64,000 bases of DNA, from the NCBI GenBank assembly GCA_033762295.1, contig JANRLW010000069.1, forward strand, positions 64,001-128,000, read 5' to 3'. Shown one piece after another: positions 19,691 to 28,385 of the stretch (the first letter of the stretch is position 1; each line of letters opens with the position of its first letter). Below the pieces are notes generated by a model, which was given only the letters and a program-made list of their open reading frames with translations, made no database searches and was not told the DNA's origin. The translations under genes were made by a program, and so were the position numbers. This DNA is from Capsulimonadales bacterium. Lineage in GTDB: Bacteria > Armatimonadota > Armatimonadia > Armatimonadales > Armatimonadaceae.

Positions 19691-20473
19691 ATGGTAGTCA
19701 ATCCGGTGTCGGAGGGATGGGAGATCGTTTTTCATCGTGCGCATGCGTTGCTGGCGACGCAGATCGCGTTGCGATGGCGTGAGGAAGGGCAGATTCTTCG
19801 GGTAGCGGAGACGGTCGCGGCCATCGTGCAGCACGATGACCTGGAAAGGGAGCTGGAGCAGGACCGACTGACGCCGGCGGGGGCTCCGATGGATTTCACG
19901 CTGCGGCCGACGGACGAGGAGACGGAGATTCCCCGCTGGCAGGAGATGCTGGATTGCGCTTTGCACCGAAGCCGCTGGGTCGCATTGCTCACCGGCTGCC
20001 ACATTCTCTTCCTCAACGCGGAAAAACGGGAGGAATCACGGCGTCTGGATCGCTTCCTCCGCACCCTTGAGGAAAAAATGGAACGCTGGCGGGAGCAGTT
20101 GAACGTCTCGGAAGCCGACCTGCGGCGATCGTACGCGTTTTTGCAGTGGTGCGACCGCCTCTCCCTGACGCTGGTGGGCAACGAACTCCCGACCAAGGAA
20201 CGATGGTTGGAGATCAGTTTCGGACCGGACGGTGTCTCATATTCGGCGCGGCGTTGCGACGACGGGACCATCGAACTGGAACCCTGGCCGTTCGACGTGC
20301 CGGAATTCACGACCGAGGTCGATGTTCGTCTGCTGAACCGTTTGAAATTCGACCATCCGGCCGCGCTGCAGCGGGCGCTGGAGGCGGCGCCGGTTCGGTC
20401 GCAGGAATACCGGTTTCGTCGTTCCGGGTCGCGGCGACCGAAAAGCGAGACCGATCCCGGCGCGGACGGATGA
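19691..20473 (+). CDS. DUF3891-like protein
   Basis: [47 protein letters not shown] pattern. Confidence 0.75.
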   Translation: MVVNPVSEGWEIVFHRAHALLATQIALRWREEGQILRVAETVAAIVQHDDLERELEQDRLTPAGAPMDFTLRPTDEETEIPRWQEMLDCALHRSRWVALLTGCHILFLNAEKREESRRLDRFLRTLEEKMERWREQLNVSEADLRRSYAFLQWCDRLSLTLVGNELPTKERWLEISFGPDGVSYSARRCDDGTIELEPWPFDVPEFTTEVDVRLLNRLKFDHPAALQRALEAAPVRSQEYRFRRSGSRRPKSETDPGADG

Positions 20474-20482
20474 TTCGACCGA

Positions 20483-21091
20483 TCAGACGTCGGTGAACGT
20501 TTCCAGAAACTCGCGTAACCGCAGGTATTCGTCCGTACGGCGCAGTTCGCGAAGGACGGCTTTATTCCGTCGATACAGGTCCGCCATATAGGCATCAAAC
20601 CCGTGGGCGACGCCGACCACCTGTTCGATCAGGTAACGTTGCGGAGCGTTTCGGGCGCGTTGACGTTCCGTCTCACTGAGAGTTCGCTTGATGATCCGCT
20701 CGAGGATGTTGATATCCGGCTCGATAAGCAGGCGTTCGATGGTCGGTGCGATGACCATCACCAGAAACGTCTCCCGATCGGCCTGCTGGCTGAGAGAGTT
20801 CTCAAGCAGGACCCGCCGTTCCCCGGCATCATCGGATTCCGCATTGACGATCAACGCGATCGGAGCGAATCGTTTCAACTGAAGGGAGCGCGCCAGATAA
20901 TGGGCGCCCGCCCAACCGGACAGGGCGGAATGGGCGATCGCCACCTGTTCCGGCAACAGATATCCCAGGCTATCCTTGGAATCGCTGACGCGGAAGTCCG
21001 CTTCGAGCAGCGACTGCCAGAGAACGAAGTTGCGGAGCCCCTGTGTGACCACGTACGGACCGGTACGAACCTGTAATCTCGTATAAGCCAT
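20483..21091 (-). CDS. Hypothetical protein, possible degenerate TOPRIM-like fold
   Basis: YVVTQG, ALIVNAES and IAPTIE resemble VTEG, DAD and PEIE of TOPRIM-like proteins; pattern recognition only. Confidence 0.6.
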   Translation of the reverse strand: MAYTRLQVRTGPYVVTQGLRNFVLWQSLLEADFRVSDSKDSLGYLLPEQVAIAHSALSGWAGAHYLARSLQLKRFAPIALIVNAESDDAGERRVLLENSLSQQADRETFLVMVIAPTIERLLIEPDINILERIIKRTLSETERQRARNAPQRYLIEQVVGVAHGFDAYMADLYRRNKAVLRELRRTDEYLRLREFLETFTDV

Positions 21092-21231
21092 CGTTTCGCC
21101 GTTTCAGCGGTCCTGTCCCGGTCGGACGCCCGGGCGACCGAAAATCAAACAGTGGATCTGTCTGAAAGTCTTTTATTGTACAGGAAACGATGGCTGTATG
21201 CTAGATCGACATTTTGCGGCGATGTTGTTGA

Positions 21232-22608
21232 TCAGTTTTTGAGTTTTGCTCGAACGATTTCCAGTGCTTTCTGTAATTGCGGGTCCAGTTTGTTGATCGC
21301 GGCACGGTTCTGAGGATCGTTGCGGATGACCTCCCGCTGACGGGCGTAATCGGCGTCGGTCAAATCGGTGACGACGTCCGGGATGATGCCTCCGGTGTTC
21401 GCCAGGGGATGTCCCTCCTCGTCGCGCCGAACGTTGATATCGTGCCTGGCACGGGTGAAATAGTGCTGTGTCGTGATTTTCACCGCCGCATCGCCGTTGA
21501 GCGGAATAATCGTCTGTACCAGGCCCTTGCCGTACGTTCGCGTTCCGACCAGGGCCGCAACCTTGCCGTCCTGAAGCGCGCCGGCAACGATCTCGGAGGC
21601 GGAGGCGGACCCGCCGTTCACCAGCAGGACGATCGGATAGGCTCCGGTACTCAACTTTCCACGATGTTTGGTCGGGTCGACGTCGAGCGAATGCAGTGCG
21701 CCGTTCTTTTCCTTTACCCAGACGACCGGACCCTCCGGGAGGAAACGGGAGGCGATATCCTGGGCCATATTCAGCAGCCCGCCCGGATTATCGCGAAGGT
21801 CGAAGATCAATGCCTTCATTCCCTGTTTTTCGAGCCGGGATACCGCCTGATCGAACTGGGAATCCGCCTGCTCGTAGAAGTTATCCAGCCGGATGTAGCC
21901 GATTTTGCCGGCTTCATCCTCCATCCGCCAGCGAACCAGAGGGGAGTTGACGACCGCCCGACGCATGGTAAAGGTGAGAGGCTTTCCGCGTCGCTCCACG
22001 GTGACCCGGACCGGCGTTCCCTCCTCGCCCCGGATACGGGCGATGACATCATCGATCCCGAGTCCCGTGATCGATTTCCCGTCAATCGCGCTCAGGATAT
22101 CGCCCGGCAGCATACCGGCTTTCGCCGCCGGCGACCCCTCGATAGGTTCGACCACGATGATTCGCCGATCCCGATTCAGATCCAGGGTGGTTCCGATGCC
22201 GACGAAGTTTCCGCTCTGCTCCTGGAGCATCTCCTTGTATTCTCTGGGCGTAATGAATTCCGTATAGCGGTCATTGAGTGACAGTAGCATCCCGTCGATG
22301 GCGGCGTAAGTCAGTTTGGTGACGCTGCGGCGGTTCTGATCGGCGGGGGAATTGCCGGAATAGTAGTGATTTCGGATAATATTCAGAACCGCTTCGTAGG
22401 TTTCGCTGGGTGGGAGGTCCGTATCGTCCGCATGGGCCGGTTTCGGGGTCAGCAGTCCGGCCAGCGCGGCGGTTGGCAGGGTCGCCAGTCGCCATTGCGC
22501 GGCCGGAAGGTTGCGAGGCGCCTCTTTCAGCGTGTCGGCGGTAAAGCCGCAGAGAAAGCTGGTAGCCGCAACGGAAATGGCAACAAACCCCTTGATAAAA
22601 ACCCGCAT
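21232..22608 (-). CDS. ctpA: S41A carboxy-terminal processing protease (active-site Ser/Lys intact)
   Basis: PDZ (GSPAAKAGMLPGD), DLRDNPGGLL, SASASEI, TYGKGLVQ, GIIPDV. Confidence 0.92.
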   Translation of the reverse strand: MRVFIKGFVAISVAATSFLCGFTADTLKEAPRNLPAAQWRLATLPTAALAGLLTPKPAHADDTDLPPSETYEAVLNIIRNHYYSGNSPADQNRRSVTKLTYAAIDGMLLSLNDRYTEFITPREYKEMLQEQSGNFVGIGTTLDLNRDRRIIVVEPIEGSPAAKAGMLPGDILSAIDGKSITGLGIDDVIARIRGEEGTPVRVTVERRGKPLTFTMRRAVVNSPLVRWRMEDEAGKIGYIRLDNFYEQADSQFDQAVSRLEKQGMKALIFDLRDNPGGLLNMAQDIASRFLPEGPVVWVKEKNGALHSLDVDPTKHRGKLSTGAYPIVLLVNGGSASASEIVAGALQDGKVAALVGTRTYGKGLVQTIIPLNGDAAVKITTQHYFTRARHDINVRRDEEGHPLANTGGIIPDVVTDLTDADYARQREVIRNDPQNRAAINKLDPQLQKALEIVRAKLKN

Positions 22609-22659
22609 ACGCTCCCGACCTTTTCGTTTGGATATTTGCCGGACGGAACTCCGGCGCCG

Positions 22660-24102
22660 TTAATTGACCCGGCGTGCCGCAACCTGAGGACGTCCCCGTA
22701 ACGTGCTCATCGCCGTGCCGAGAATCTGTTCCTCGGTGGCGTTCGGTGCGATGCTGATTGTGGGCGAAACGCCCAGCGAGGCCCAATCCTGCCGCCGGGG
22801 ACTCAGCATCTTGCCGGTGGTAAGGACGAAGGCGGAACCATCCGGAAGCTTGTAGGCCATCTGCACGGTGGAATCGCCGAAGGTTCGACCTCCCACGGTG
22901 ACGCCCGCGCCGGACTCCGTCAGGGACAACGCCAGCGCCTCGGCAACCGACGCCGTTCCGCGATCGACCAGAATAACCAGGGGTCGTGACCCGTCCGACG
23001 CGCCCGATGCCGGTTTCAGGGGCGACTGTTTTCCGCCCGAGGTCACTTCATAGCCGAAAAGATTGCCCGGTGAAAGCTGCGCTTCGACACTCATCGCCGA
23101 CTCGAGCATTCCGCCGGGGTTGCCGCGCAGGTCGAGGACCAGACCCTTGTCCTTTGGCAGCGACTTCAAGGCGCGGGCAAATTCGTCCGCGGTCTTCTCG
23201 GTAAACAGCGGGATACGGACGTAACCGGAACCGTCCGAAAGGGTCAGTGAGGAAAGACCGGGCGCATCGACCGACTGCGGGGTCACCTCGACGGTCAAGG
23301 GGTTCTTTTCTCCGGCACGCTCCACGGTCAGGACACGGCGGTCTTTGGAGAGTTTCAGCCGACCGAGGGTCTTGATATCGCCCCGCAACGCCATCTGCGC
23401 CGCCAGCAGACCGATCCCTCCCTGAACCCGTTTGCGGGCGGAGTCCGCTTCGCGTCGTACCGTTTCAGTCTCGGAATCTCCCGGCGCGGCTTTCCGTGCC
23501 TGTTCCAGTAGCGCGTTCACCTTCAAATACGGATCGAAGCCCAGAATCCATTTGCCGTCGATATGCGTAATGATATCGCCGGGGCGCAGGCCGGCTCGCT
23601 GGGCGGGGGAACCCGGGAGCGGAGAAACCACCGTGATTTTGTAATCGGTATAACCGTCCTGCCGGGTGCCGCGAACAATCAGGGAGGCGCCGATGCCGCC
23701 GAAATGGCCGCGGCTTTCGGCATTCAACAACTGGAACTGCTCCGGTTCGAGGAAGTAGCAGTTGGGGTCGTTCAGGGCCGCGACCATCGACCGGACGGCG
23801 CTCTGGCTCATCGTTCGATCGCTGGGGAGTTTGTCGACATAGTGCTGCTTCACCAGGCTGTAGACGGTGTCGAATGTCCGTCGGGCTTCCTCCGCGTTGT
23901 CCGGCACGCGGGCGGAGCGACCGGCGGGGTTCTCGGCGCGTAAAGCGAAACGACCGGTTCGGGCCTGGGCGATTTGCGAGGAGACGCCGACATCGGCACG
24001 ACGGCTACGTTCGCGAAGGTGGTTGCCGTAAAGGAAGGACGCGCCCGACACAGTGAGCAAGGAAACGCAGAAAACCAAGGTCGATGTACGTCCTGTTGCC
24101 AA
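22660..24102 (-). CDS. S41A protease paralog with catalytic Lys replaced by Asp
   Basis: PDZ, DLRGNPGG, TASVAE, TFGDSTVQ; TTG start at 24102 with SD GGGAGG and upstream TGGTATAAT (24187-24179). Confidence 0.88.
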   Translation of the reverse strand: MATGRTSTLVFCVSLLTVSGASFLYGNHLRERSRRADVGVSSQIAQARTGRFALRAENPAGRSARVPDNAEEARRTFDTVYSLVKQHYVDKLPSDRTMSQSAVRSMVAALNDPNCYFLEPEQFQLLNAESRGHFGGIGASLIVRGTRQDGYTDYKITVVSPLPGSPAQRAGLRPGDIITHIDGKWILGFDPYLKVNALLEQARKAAPGDSETETVRREADSARKRVQGGIGLLAAQMALRGDIKTLGRLKLSKDRRVLTVERAGEKNPLTVEVTPQSVDAPGLSSLTLSDGSGYVRIPLFTEKTADEFARALKSLPKDKGLVLDLRGNPGGMLESAMSVEAQLSPGNLFGYEVTSGGKQSPLKPASGASDGSRPLVILVDRGTASVAEALALSLTESGAGVTVGGRTFGDSTVQMAYKLPDGSAFVLTTGKMLSPRRQDWASLGVSPTISIAPNATEEQILGTAMSTLRGRPQVAARRVN

Positions 24103-24294
24103 GCTGAAAACCTCCCGTTCCGGAAAAACGCGTTGACTGCCTGCAGAGGGAAGGGATATCCATCCCTTAAAGTGTTCCATTATACCACCGTTCCGCTCGC
24201 GCTTGCCGAATTTGTCGGCTTTAAACGGGACTTTCCACAGGTGTGATAATTGCACTGCAGGTTTACGCCTTTAAATTTTAAAAGGTACGGACGG

Positions 24295-24326
24295 AAAACG
24301 CCCCGTGAACGATATTCACGGGGCGT
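24295..24326 (-). terminator. Intrinsic terminator after rpsR
   Basis: 12-bp stem ACGCCCCGTGAA/TTCACGGGGCGT, 5-nt loop, short U-run on the minus strand. Confidence 0.75.
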
Positions 24327-24371
24327 GAAGGACGGAATCAGAGGGGCGGGGACGCCCGCCTGGCGCACGGA

Positions 24372-24611
24372 CTAGATTTGATCGGCGACGTAGGGCAGCA
24401 GAGCGATTTCCCGGGCGCGCTTGATTGCCTGCGCCAGCGGCCGCTGATAGCGGGCGCTCGTGCCGGTCGTTCGACGAGGAAGGATCTTTCCGCGATCGCT
24501 GACGAACCGGCGCAGAAGCGCGACGTTTTTGTAGTCGATGTAATCGATCTTCTGAACGGTGAAATAACAGACCTTACGCTTGGCCTTCTTAAATTTGCGT
24601 TGCTTCATCAT
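24372..24611 (-). CDS. rpsR: 30S ribosomal protein S18
   Basis: [39 protein letters not shown]. Confidence 0.97.
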   Translation of the reverse strand: MMKQRKFKKAKRKVCYFTVQKIDYIDYKNVALLRRFVSDRGKILPRRTTGTSARYQRPLAQAIKRAREIALLPYVADQI

Positions 24612-24668
24612 AACGTTTATCCTCGCGGCGCGGATTTCGAACGGGGGAACCCGTTCTCCGTCCGCCCG

Positions 24669-25232
24669 TTAATTATCGAAAGGATCGGCGAAATCATCCT
24701 CCGGTTCCGGTGGCGGAGTGTTGCGGCCGCCACGCCCGGTCGGAGCGGCGCCACGGGCCGGAGCCGCGGCCCCACGGGGTTCGTACCCTCCGCGAGAAGG
24801 GGATTCCTCACGGACCGGGGCGGACCGGGCCGGAGCGGGCGGCGAATAGGCGTCGCGCCCGCCCCCGGTATCGCCGTCGCCGTATCCTTCGGAATCCGAC
24901 CGCTTCTCCAGATTTCGGAACGTATCCGCCACGATCTCGACCGCACGCCGCTGCTGGCCGTCCTGGGAAACGTAGTTACGAATCTGAAGACGACCTTCGA
25001 CGACCACCAATTTGCCCTTCTGCAGGTAGTTCGCCGCGTTCTCGGCGAGCTGCCGCCAGGTGACGACGTCAAAGAAATCGGTCTCTTTTTGCTGACCGGC
25101 GTTGCGCGCTTCCGCCGACTGCGGGCGATCCACCGCGACCGTAAAGGTCGTGACCGGGACACCCGCCGGGGTCGATTTCGGCTCCGGGTCGCGGGTGAGG
25201 CGACCGATGATGATGATACGATTAAAGTTCAT
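24669..25232 (-). CDS. ssb: Single-stranded DNA-binding protein
   Basis: NRIIIIGRLTRDPE, FTVAVDR, ETDFFDVVTW, VEGRLQIR, acidic tail DDFADPF; rpsF-ssb-rpsR synteny. Confidence 0.96.
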   Translation of the reverse strand: MNFNRIIIIGRLTRDPEPKSTPAGVPVTTFTVAVDRPQSAEARNAGQQKETDFFDVVTWRQLAENAANYLQKGKLVVVEGRLQIRNYVSQDGQQRRAVEIVADTFRNLEKRSDSEGYGDGDTGGGRDAYSPPAPARSAPVREESPSRGGYEPRGAAAPARGAAPTGRGGRNTPPPEPEDDFADPFDN

Positions 25233-25338
25233 CTCCGACTGCACTCCTTAGGTTTTTAGAACGGTTGGTCCCGCCTGCGTCCGCACGGCTCCCGCCCGAT
25301 CGCATCGGGAAAGGAAGGAGCGCAAGGGATGACAGGAG

Positions 25339-25833
25339 CTACTCGTCGGCCTCGGTTCCGCTCGGCGTCGCCGACCCCGCCTCCGGGGACTCCTCGTTGG
25401 CCACTCCCCCCCCGTTGTTCAGGGCGGAAAGGTCGGTAACGGGCTGAGTTTGGGTGGCCGCCGCCGCCGCCGCGCGGGCGGCCTGCTCCCGTTCGCGTCG
25501 TTCCTGCTCCGCCGCCCGAATGCGCGACGGGTATCGATCGGCCTTCTTGTCCTGCTTGACGATCAGATATCGGAGCGTGTCGTCGCTGATGCGGAAGATA
25601 CGGTCCAACTCGTTACGCACTGCGGAGGAGGAGTGAAAGTTGACGATGATATAAATGCCCTCGCGACGCCCGTTGATCTCGTACGCAAGACGTCTCGGGT
25701 CCCAGCGATCGATGTCGTCCACTGTGCCGCCGTTGTTGGCGATGATGCCGGTGTATTTATCGATGACGGCGCGAATCTGCTCATCCGGCAGAGCCGTATC
25801 AAGAATAAAGACCGCCTCGTAGGCTGTCTCCAT
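25339..25833 (-). CDS. rpsF: 30S ribosomal protein S6 with C-terminal extension
   Basis: YEAVFIL, W..RRLAYEI, EGIY, ELDRIFRISDDTLRYLIV. Confidence 0.96.
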   Translation of the reverse strand: METAYEAVFILDTALPDEQIRAVIDKYTGIIANNGGTVDDIDRWDPRRLAYEINGRREGIYIIVNFHSSSAVRNELDRIFRISDDTLRYLIVKQDKKADRYPSRIRAAEQERREREQAARAAAAAATQTQPVTDLSALNNGGGVANEESPEAGSATPSGTEADE

Positions 25834-25842
25834 GGCAGGGTT

Positions 25843-25892
25843 CCTCCCTTTGGTCGTAGTGTCCTCCCGACGGAAACGGGAGGCAGGGAAGG
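25843..25892 (-). promoter_or_regulatory. S6:S18 ribosomal protein leader (autoregulatory RNA)
   Basis: Minus strand CCTTCCCT-GC-CTCCCG-loop-CGGGAG-GACACTACGACC-AAAGGGAGG; the 5' pyrimidine tract can pair with the SD; position matches known rpsF leaders. Confidence 0.7.
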
Positions 25893-25935
25893 TTGGCCCG
25901 ACGAATCGGGCCGCTATCCTTCGGTTGTCGGGGGC

Positions 25936-25964
25936 ATAATACCATGGGGCCGCAAGTGACGCAA
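25936..25964 (-). promoter_or_regulatory. Putative sigma70 promoter of the rpsF operon
   Basis: TTGCGT (25964-25959), 17 nt, TATTAT (25941-25936) with extended TG. Confidence 0.65.
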
Positions 25965-25980
25965 CGGGAAGGACCGCCGA

Positions 25981-27036
25981 TCAGAGGCCGAACCCCATCC
26001 CCATGCCGGGCGGAATGACCGAGCGCGGATCGATCTTCAGGTCGACCTGCTTGATATCGAAATGTCGGTCATCGATATCCTCCGGGATGTCGGTATACTG
26101 CGCCCGGACGGCGTTGAGCGCCTGATCGGCCGCCAGGTCGGCGGCATCGGCCTCCTGGGACATCGCGCGGGTGGTCATCTCCTGAAGCAACTGGGGCAGC
26201 ATCTGCTGCGCCGACTCGTTGGTGTTCCCTTCCGCATCGAACATCCGGAAGATCTCCGAAACGGCCACCTGCATCTTCCCCAGTTGACGCACCTTGGTCG
26301 CCAGAGACATATTGTAGGTTTCGGCCAGGGCGGCGCACGGATTGGGCGGCGGGTATGCCTGGAACTTGCCGGTCGCGGCGTTCAACTCCTGAACGATCCG
26401 CCCGATCTCCGCCGCCACATCGGCGGTCATTCCCTGGTTTTGCTGACCCTGATCGTTGTTCTCATCGAAATGCGCCATCATTTTCATGGTCAGCATGGTC
26501 GGAAGCTTCAGGTAGGCGGCGTTCCCACGGTATTCCAGGCTGCGCCGGGCGGCCTCGAATTTTTTGAGCCAGCGAAGGTAGGCGATCACATCCTCCGGCA
26601 TCGGATTGCCCTTGACTTCCGGCGGAGCGAGCACCGGGGCTTCCGGCTGTTTGACCGGCGGGGCGTTCATCACCGGGGCCTCGGCAACCCGGGTCTGCGG
26701 CGCGGAAAGAACGCCGGCCGTCGGGACTTCCGCCTTCTTCGCGCCGAGAACGCCGCTGGCTTTCAGCAAAAGGAACAGGATCAGCGCCAACGCGGTCGCA
26801 CCGCCGAGGATGGCGAGGACGTTCGCCCGTCGCGGACCGGCACTCGTTACCGGGGGCGTATAGGCTCCGGGCGTCGCGGTCGGATTCGGACGGGGCGGTA
26901 CGCCGCCGGGCATGACGGACGGGGCGGCGTTCGCCGGCGAGGACAGGGTCGCCGATGGAATCGCCGTTCCGCATAACGAGCAGAACTTCGCTCCCCTGGC
27001 CGTTTGCGCGCCGCAACTCGGGCATTTGCCTGTCAT
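25981..27036 (-). CDS. Zinc-ribbon membrane protein
   Basis: CPSCG..FCSLCG, Pro-rich linker, single TM, helical C-terminal domain; ATG 27036 with SD GGAGG. Confidence 0.8.
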   Translation of the reverse strand: MTGKCPSCGAQTARGAKFCSLCGTAIPSATLSSPANAAPSVMPGGVPPRPNPTATPGAYTPPVTSAGPRRANVLAILGGATALALILFLLLKASGVLGAKKAEVPTAGVLSAPQTRVAEAPVMNAPPVKQPEAPVLAPPEVKGNPMPEDVIAYLRWLKKFEAARRSLEYRGNAAYLKLPTMLTMKMMAHFDENNDQGQQNQGMTADVAAEIGRIVQELNAATGKFQAYPPPNPCAALAETYNMSLATKVRQLGKMQVAVSEIFRMFDAEGNTNESAQQMLPQLLQEMTTRAMSQEADAADLAADQALNAVRAQYTDIPEDIDDRHFDIKQVDLKIDPRSVIPPGMGMGFGL

Positions 27037-27133
27037 TTCGTAAAACCTCCGCGTCCGAATGCCAATCAACCGCTACTAAATGACGGGATCGTCACGCCGG
27101 GGAGTTCCCGACGTGACGTTTATTTACGGGCCG

Positions 27134-28291
27134 CTACACCGCCTGCCAGGACCGGGTTTTCGACGACCGGTCGACGGCGTCCAGAACCCGCTGAACGGCA
27201 AGGCCCTCCTCGAACGACGGGTGAGAAGGCCGACCGGCCGCGAAGTCGGGCAGAACGTCCCGCATAAAGTTGATGAACGTATGCTCGTAACCGATGATAT
27301 GCCCGACGGGCCAGTAGTTCCCGGTATACGGGTGTGCGCCATCGGTTGTCTGAATCACCCGGAAACCACGCGCATCCTCCGGATCGTCCGTATTATAGTA
27401 CTCCAGTTCGTTCATCCGCTCCATGTTGAACACGATACTGCCTTTGGAGCCGTTGATCTCGAACCGGCTATGGTTCTTCCGCCCCGCCGCCAGACGAGTC
27501 GCCTCGAACGTCCCGACCGCACCCGAGGCGAACCGGGCGATGAAAATACTGCTGTCATCGACCGTGACATCGCCCATCCGATCGGAGGCTTTGCCGCCCA
27601 GTCGGTCATCGGACTCGGCCAGGATCGGACGCTGTTTGATGAAGGTATCGAGCATCCCGGAGACCTCGGTGATCGGACCCAGCAGGTAGAGCGCATCGTC
27701 GATCAGGTGCGCGTTGAGGTCGCCGTGCGAACCGGAACCGGCGATATCCCCGATCAGACGCCAGACCAGGGGGAAGTTCGGATCGACGATCCAATCCTGA
27801 AGGTAGACGCCCCGGAAATGATACACGTGACCGATACGACCGTCCTCGATCATCCGCTTGGCCAGGGCGATTGCCGGGATGCGGCGGTAGTTGAAACAGA
27901 CGGCGTTCGGAACGTTGTTTTCCTTGACGGCGGCGACCATCGCTTCGGCTTCCGCGACCGTATTGGCCAGCGGCTTCTCGCAGATTACCATCTTCCCGCA
28001 TTTCGCCGCGTAAATCGCGATCTCGGAATGGGTGTTTCCCGGCGTGGAAACGTCGATCAGGTCGATATCGGGCCGCTCGCACAGCTTTTTATAATCGGTC
28101 TCAAACTCCTCGAACCCGAACTTCGCCGCCGCGTCGCGAACCTTCTCCTCGTTTCGACCGCACAGCGCCTTGAGGACGGGTTCGACCTCCAGTTCGGGGA
28201 AGAATTTGTTGACCTGCCGGTAGGCGTTCGAATGCGCCTTCCCCATAAACTGGTAGCCGACCAGACCGACGTTTATCTTTCGTGTTGCCAT
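27134..28291 (-). CDS. Gfo/Idh/MocA family oxidoreductase
   Basis: VGLVGYQFMGKAHS, CEKPLA, FNYRR, YLQDW, GSHGDLNAHLID. Confidence 0.92.
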   Translation of the reverse strand: MATRKINVGLVGYQFMGKAHSNAYRQVNKFFPELEVEPVLKALCGRNEEKVRDAAAKFGFEEFETDYKKLCERPDIDLIDVSTPGNTHSEIAIYAAKCGKMVICEKPLANTVAEAEAMVAAVKENNVPNAVCFNYRRIPAIALAKRMIEDGRIGHVYHFRGVYLQDWIVDPNFPLVWRLIGDIAGSGSHGDLNAHLIDDALYLLGPITEVSGMLDTFIKQRPILAESDDRLGGKASDRMGDVTVDDSSIFIARFASGAVGTFEATRLAAGRKNHSRFEINGSKGSIVFNMERMNELEYYNTDDPEDARGFRVIQTTDGAHPYTGNYWPVGHIIGYEHTFINFMRDVLPDFAAGRPSHPSFEEGLAVQRVLDAVDRSSKTRSWQAV

Positions 28292-28385
28292 CGTGTGTTG
28301 TTGCCTCCGTTGGGGGTTTCCGGAGTTTCACTTCGCCGATTTGGGAGGAAACTCCTTGTTATCGCCCGATGCCGGCGCGACAGGC

